Source of the DNA: the human T2T-CHM13v2.0 reference genome, Homo sapiens
DNA length: 64,000 nucleotides
Direction: 5' to 3' (one strand)
Assembly: GCF_009914755.1 (NCBI RefSeq)
Contig: NC_060936.1
In this document: one piece after another, positions 60,191 through 64,000 of the stretch
How positions within the stretch are numbered: the first letter of the stretch is position 1
How the letters are laid out: the number at the start of each line of letters is the position of its first letter
The notes under the pieces: generated by a model
What the model saw: the letters and a program-made list of their open reading frames with translations, nothing else
What the model was told of the DNA's origin: nothing
Database searches by the model: none
Translations under genes and position numbers: made by a program

Positions 60191-62021
60191 CCCACTATCA
60201 AGAGTACAGCACTGTACCTGTGATCAGCGAACTGACATACCCTTGCTTATCCCCCATCCCTGGTGGCAATGAGGCCCAGGGGCCTCAGAGAATCATGTCA
60301 TGGTGGCAGGGGCTCCTCTAGAGTCCTTAAGCCCCATACTCCATACTCATAGGCATGATCTCTGTGATCTGATTCTTACTGGCTCTAATCTAAACACTGG
60401 AGAAAGGAGAGGCTGTCCCAATTTGTGATCACAGTAGCCCTCCATGAGCACATAACATGGAGATATCCTACCTCTTAGGGTTCCATCCACATGACATTCA
60501 CTCATTCCAGGCAGAGCTAGAAATATCAGGGCTCTTATGGAATTACTTTCTCAGATTCCTTAATTTTTTCCCAGAGCCTCTGGTGTTTGGATGTTACATA
60601 AGAGGTACCTGGCATCTTTTTTTAGGCAATAGTGAGCATGGGCTTCCTGTGTAACCTGAACTGTACATATATGAGTAAAAACAGCAGGAAAAGAAGAGGA
60701 GGAAGTAGTGGTTCATGTAGAGAAGTAATGGCAGGCAGGGAGGAGGAGGAGGAGGAAGGAAGTGGGTGGGCCAGACCAGCCCTGCACAAATATGTGAATG
60801 AATCCAGTTTCCTTTCAGGGTCTTTCCCTATCTTTGGGCACAATCCCCTCCACTTACTCTCCTGTCTGCACAGCCCTGCACTCATCACCCTCAGCGCCCT
60901 CCTTAGTACTGCCATGACCAAGCTTCCCCTCCCTCTTCAGAACCTAAAGCAACATCTACTGCACTGTCTTGAGGGATTCACAGAAGCAGTAACACTTCAA
61001 TAATGGCAAGTAAATGGCAGGCTCTCAAAATATGCTATATTTACCCGCTCTTTCCAACAAGTTTGATAAGCTCATTCACTTCCATAATGAGCAAGATAAG
61101 AATGTACTTCTTCTACAAGCCATATTTACATTGTAAGAGAGATTTCTAAGCCTAAACCCAAAGATATATCAATCACCTTCAGTAGAATTAGCAAAGGGAA
61201 AAGAATTGGGTAGGAGGCGCCTCTCTAGGGCTGGGGCTGGGGTTCCAGGGCCCTAGCAGGAAGGAGGGAGAAGTGACACAGGGCTCATGTCCACCATGAA
61301 ACTGGCGTGTGCCTAGCACGGTGTCAGCTTCACACTAAGTGAATAATCCATAATGAATAAATACATGACAGGGGATTTAATGAGTGGACACTTTACAAAG
61401 CTGTGGGTTAAGTCTGAGAACCAGGAAGGGATGGTGCAGTATGCAGGGATTAACAACGGGGAAATCCTTACATCTCTCAGCCTGAACGGGCACAGGGAAG
61501 GAGTGGCTACCAGATCTGCACTGTGGCTGTTGGAGAGGGGACATCGGATAGGAGCTATGGCATTTAGTAGAAGAACACAACCACTGCTTAAAGCACAGCC
61601 TGGCAGGAGGGAATAAATACCTGGACTCTCTTATCATCCTCCAATCTTTCATCTGCACCTCCCATTGGTCACACCCACCAGCAGCCACAGGTGCAAGGGA
61701 CCCAAGGTGGGTTGGTGGGGAACGGAAGAGTTCATCCTCCCAAGGGCAGGATGGAGAAGGTGGAAAGTGGACCTGGAGGGACAAATAGGAAATCTAGTAC
61801 ATTAGTCTTTAGGTTTATATTGTAGTTTGAGAGACAGACTGATACATAATTCTAACAAAAGACAGTGAGATAAGACAGTAATAAGATCAGACAAGGTGAC
61901 TTCACTGGGGTAGAGGATCCCCCTTGGGAGTGGAGAGAGATAAAGTGGGATGGATATCAGGACCACTCAGCAGAACATTTTTAAGGGACTTAGGGCTGAA
62001 AAAACAAAACAGCACAGAATG

Positions 62022-62273
62022 TCCATCAAGGTCATTAATAGAATGTATTATTGACTCATTTTATAAGAAAAACTTTTCAAAGGCTACTGGCAGGCCCTGA
62101 GTATGGTCTGAGGTCTCCAAATCCTCATATCAGATGTAAATATCCATCAAGGTCATTAATAGAATGTATTATTGACTCATTCTATAGAAAAACTTTTCAA
62201 AGGCTACTGGCAGGCCCTGAGTATGGTCTGAGGTCTCCAAATCCTCATATCAGATGTAACTATCCATCAAGGT
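62022..62273 (+). repeat. Tandem duplication of a 120/121-bp unit (2 copies plus 11 bp)
   Basis: tccatcaaggt starts at 62022, 62143 and 62263; the copies are nearly identical. Confidence 0.96.
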
Positions 62274-62294
62274 AATCCTCCCCAGGGAAGGGAA

Positions 62295-62430
62295 GTCCCT
62301 TCCTTCCCTACCTCCCTCCCTCCTTTCCTCTCTCCCTGTGTCTTTCCTCCCTTCCTCCTTCCTTTCCTGCCCTTTCTCCCTCCCTCCCTCCCTCCCTTCC
62401 TTTCCTTTTTCCTCCCTCCCCTCCCTCCTC
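62295..62430 (+). repeat. CT-rich low-complexity tract
   Basis: (CCCT/CCTT)n-like sequence. Confidence 0.85.
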
Positions 62431-64000
62431 ATGGGAGGCAGTGTGCCTGCCCTTGGCTCTTGGTTGGTGTCTGCCCTCACATGTCTTCATCACAGGACAG
62501 ATTTTCTTTCTGTCCCATAGACCAGCCTTTCCAGACCCTTTTTGAGGGACAGCAACGCTTCCTTGTTGCTGGCGGGCAACCATTCTTGTTTAGGGAGATG
62601 TGAAGGTTTTTCAAAAGAAACAAGCCATGTGGACAAAGGAGTGGAAGGAAAGGTTAGGATTCTGGAGATACTGGGCTAGAATACAAAGGCTACAGGTCCA
62701 TAGGGAAGAGGAATCTGGGGGAGACTTAGTCAAATGTTCTAGGGGAAAATATTGAAATGTCAGCGGGTATCTCTTTCCTTCTTCCCTTCCATGAGGAACA
62801 GGCACAAATATGAAGGAGAACTGACCTCAGAAGTTGGAGGCAGAGCTTTCTCTCAGCTCACTTGACCCAGAACTGACCCTTTTAAAGCTTTATACCAGGA
62901 ATTCAGCAGTATATGAGATCCATTCACATAGTCCTAGAACCATTAAGCAATGCAGACAGACTCTTGGAACGTGGTATGGATTTCTGGCAGTTCCCCTTGT
63001 GACATGCGCCCCTCAGCCTGTCTATTGGGACCTGCTTGTTTATCTTTCTCTCACTCTGCCAGTAGTCATTGACCTGGTTTCATCATTGCTTTGGAGAGCT
63101 ATTCAGTATGTTCCTCCTCTGTCCCTAAAAGCCACTGCTCCTTAATAACTCAGTGTGTGGCCAGCCTATTCTGAATTCTCTCTGAGGCATCCCTCTAGAT
63201 TCCTGTTTTTATTGAGTAGCTACTGTGTGCTAGACAATGCAGTTCACTACTTTTACTCTGATGGGTCTTCAGATCTCAACAGGGTCTTCATATTGGTCTC
63301 CATTTTTAACAGCATAGTGGTTAAAAGCACTGACGTTGAAGTCGGCTTCTGCTATTAGCAGCAACATGATTTTGGACAAGTCCCTTAACCTCTTTGAGCC
63401 TTAGTTTCCTAACCTGTAAAATGAGATTGATATTAGTTCCAATTTCATAGGACTGTTGTGGAAATTAAACGGGTTAATATGTATAAAATGCTGGGCTCCA
63501 TATCTGACCCATTATGAGTTCTCAATAACAACATGCTTTTATTATTCTCATTTTGGGGGTGATTATAATGACCCAGGGCACAGGGTAGTCCTCTTTGGAG
63601 TAGAGTGTGCAAATTTTCTTCTCTGAATTGCTCTCTGTGATGGGTTACAAGGATCTTCCAAGCATAGAGAGGATCTAACAGTTCCCAGGTTGATCTCTCC
63701 ATAAAACTCCATTTTCCCATGAAGAGGAGACTATAGAGTAAGTTCCAAGATCATTAAAGGCAACTGTAGGCATCTTGTAGAGCTTCCTTGCAATCAGAGA
63801 GCCAACTAATGTTGGAGTTAAAGGTCCTTAGAGAGCACTTAAAAAAAAAGAGAGAGACTTACAGGTTATGATCACATCAGAACTAGTGGCAGCCTAGGCC
63901 AGAAGTCATTTCTCCTAACTCCCAAGGCAGCATTCTTTCTACCCCACCAGGATTTCTCATGTTGTATATGTTTTGCCTATCTCTCTCTGTCTTGGTTTAC

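Overview
Mammalian, almost certainly human, genomic DNA (AluJ/S/Y, L1PA). The first ~20 kb holds the complete coding structure of GSG1 (germ cell associated 1, claudin/PMP22-like tetraspan family) on the minus strand. From memory this is chr12p13.1 between FAM234B and EMP1; I have not verified that placement. I reconstructed the exons by hand from GT-AG junctions. There are two alternative first coding exons (MSDPSQLTQNVCLTQE at 19670-19717; MAK at 11808-11816), then 6714-7029, a 69-nt cassette at 5419-5487, 5073-5120 (alternative donor at 4949), 4118-4270, 3363-3474 and 1112-1454. These give 326/339/349/362-aa products plus frameshifted 285/298-aa products. Intron 1 contains a CpG island with X-box, GC-box and G4 motifs. 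The remaining ~44 kb has no credible protein-coding gene: it is nested L1/Alu/MaLR/DNA-transposon sequence with a 1.7-kb 24-bp VNTR, a ~90-bp inverted duplication and a ~120-bp tandem duplication. I found no convincing new multi-gene system. The best leads are: three GSG1 exons open in two frames; the VNTR that expanded from inside an L2; the inverted duplicate lying in a candidate plus-strand exon; and RFX/CRE motif clusters inside GSG1. Repeat boundaries and subfamily calls were made by eye and are approximate.
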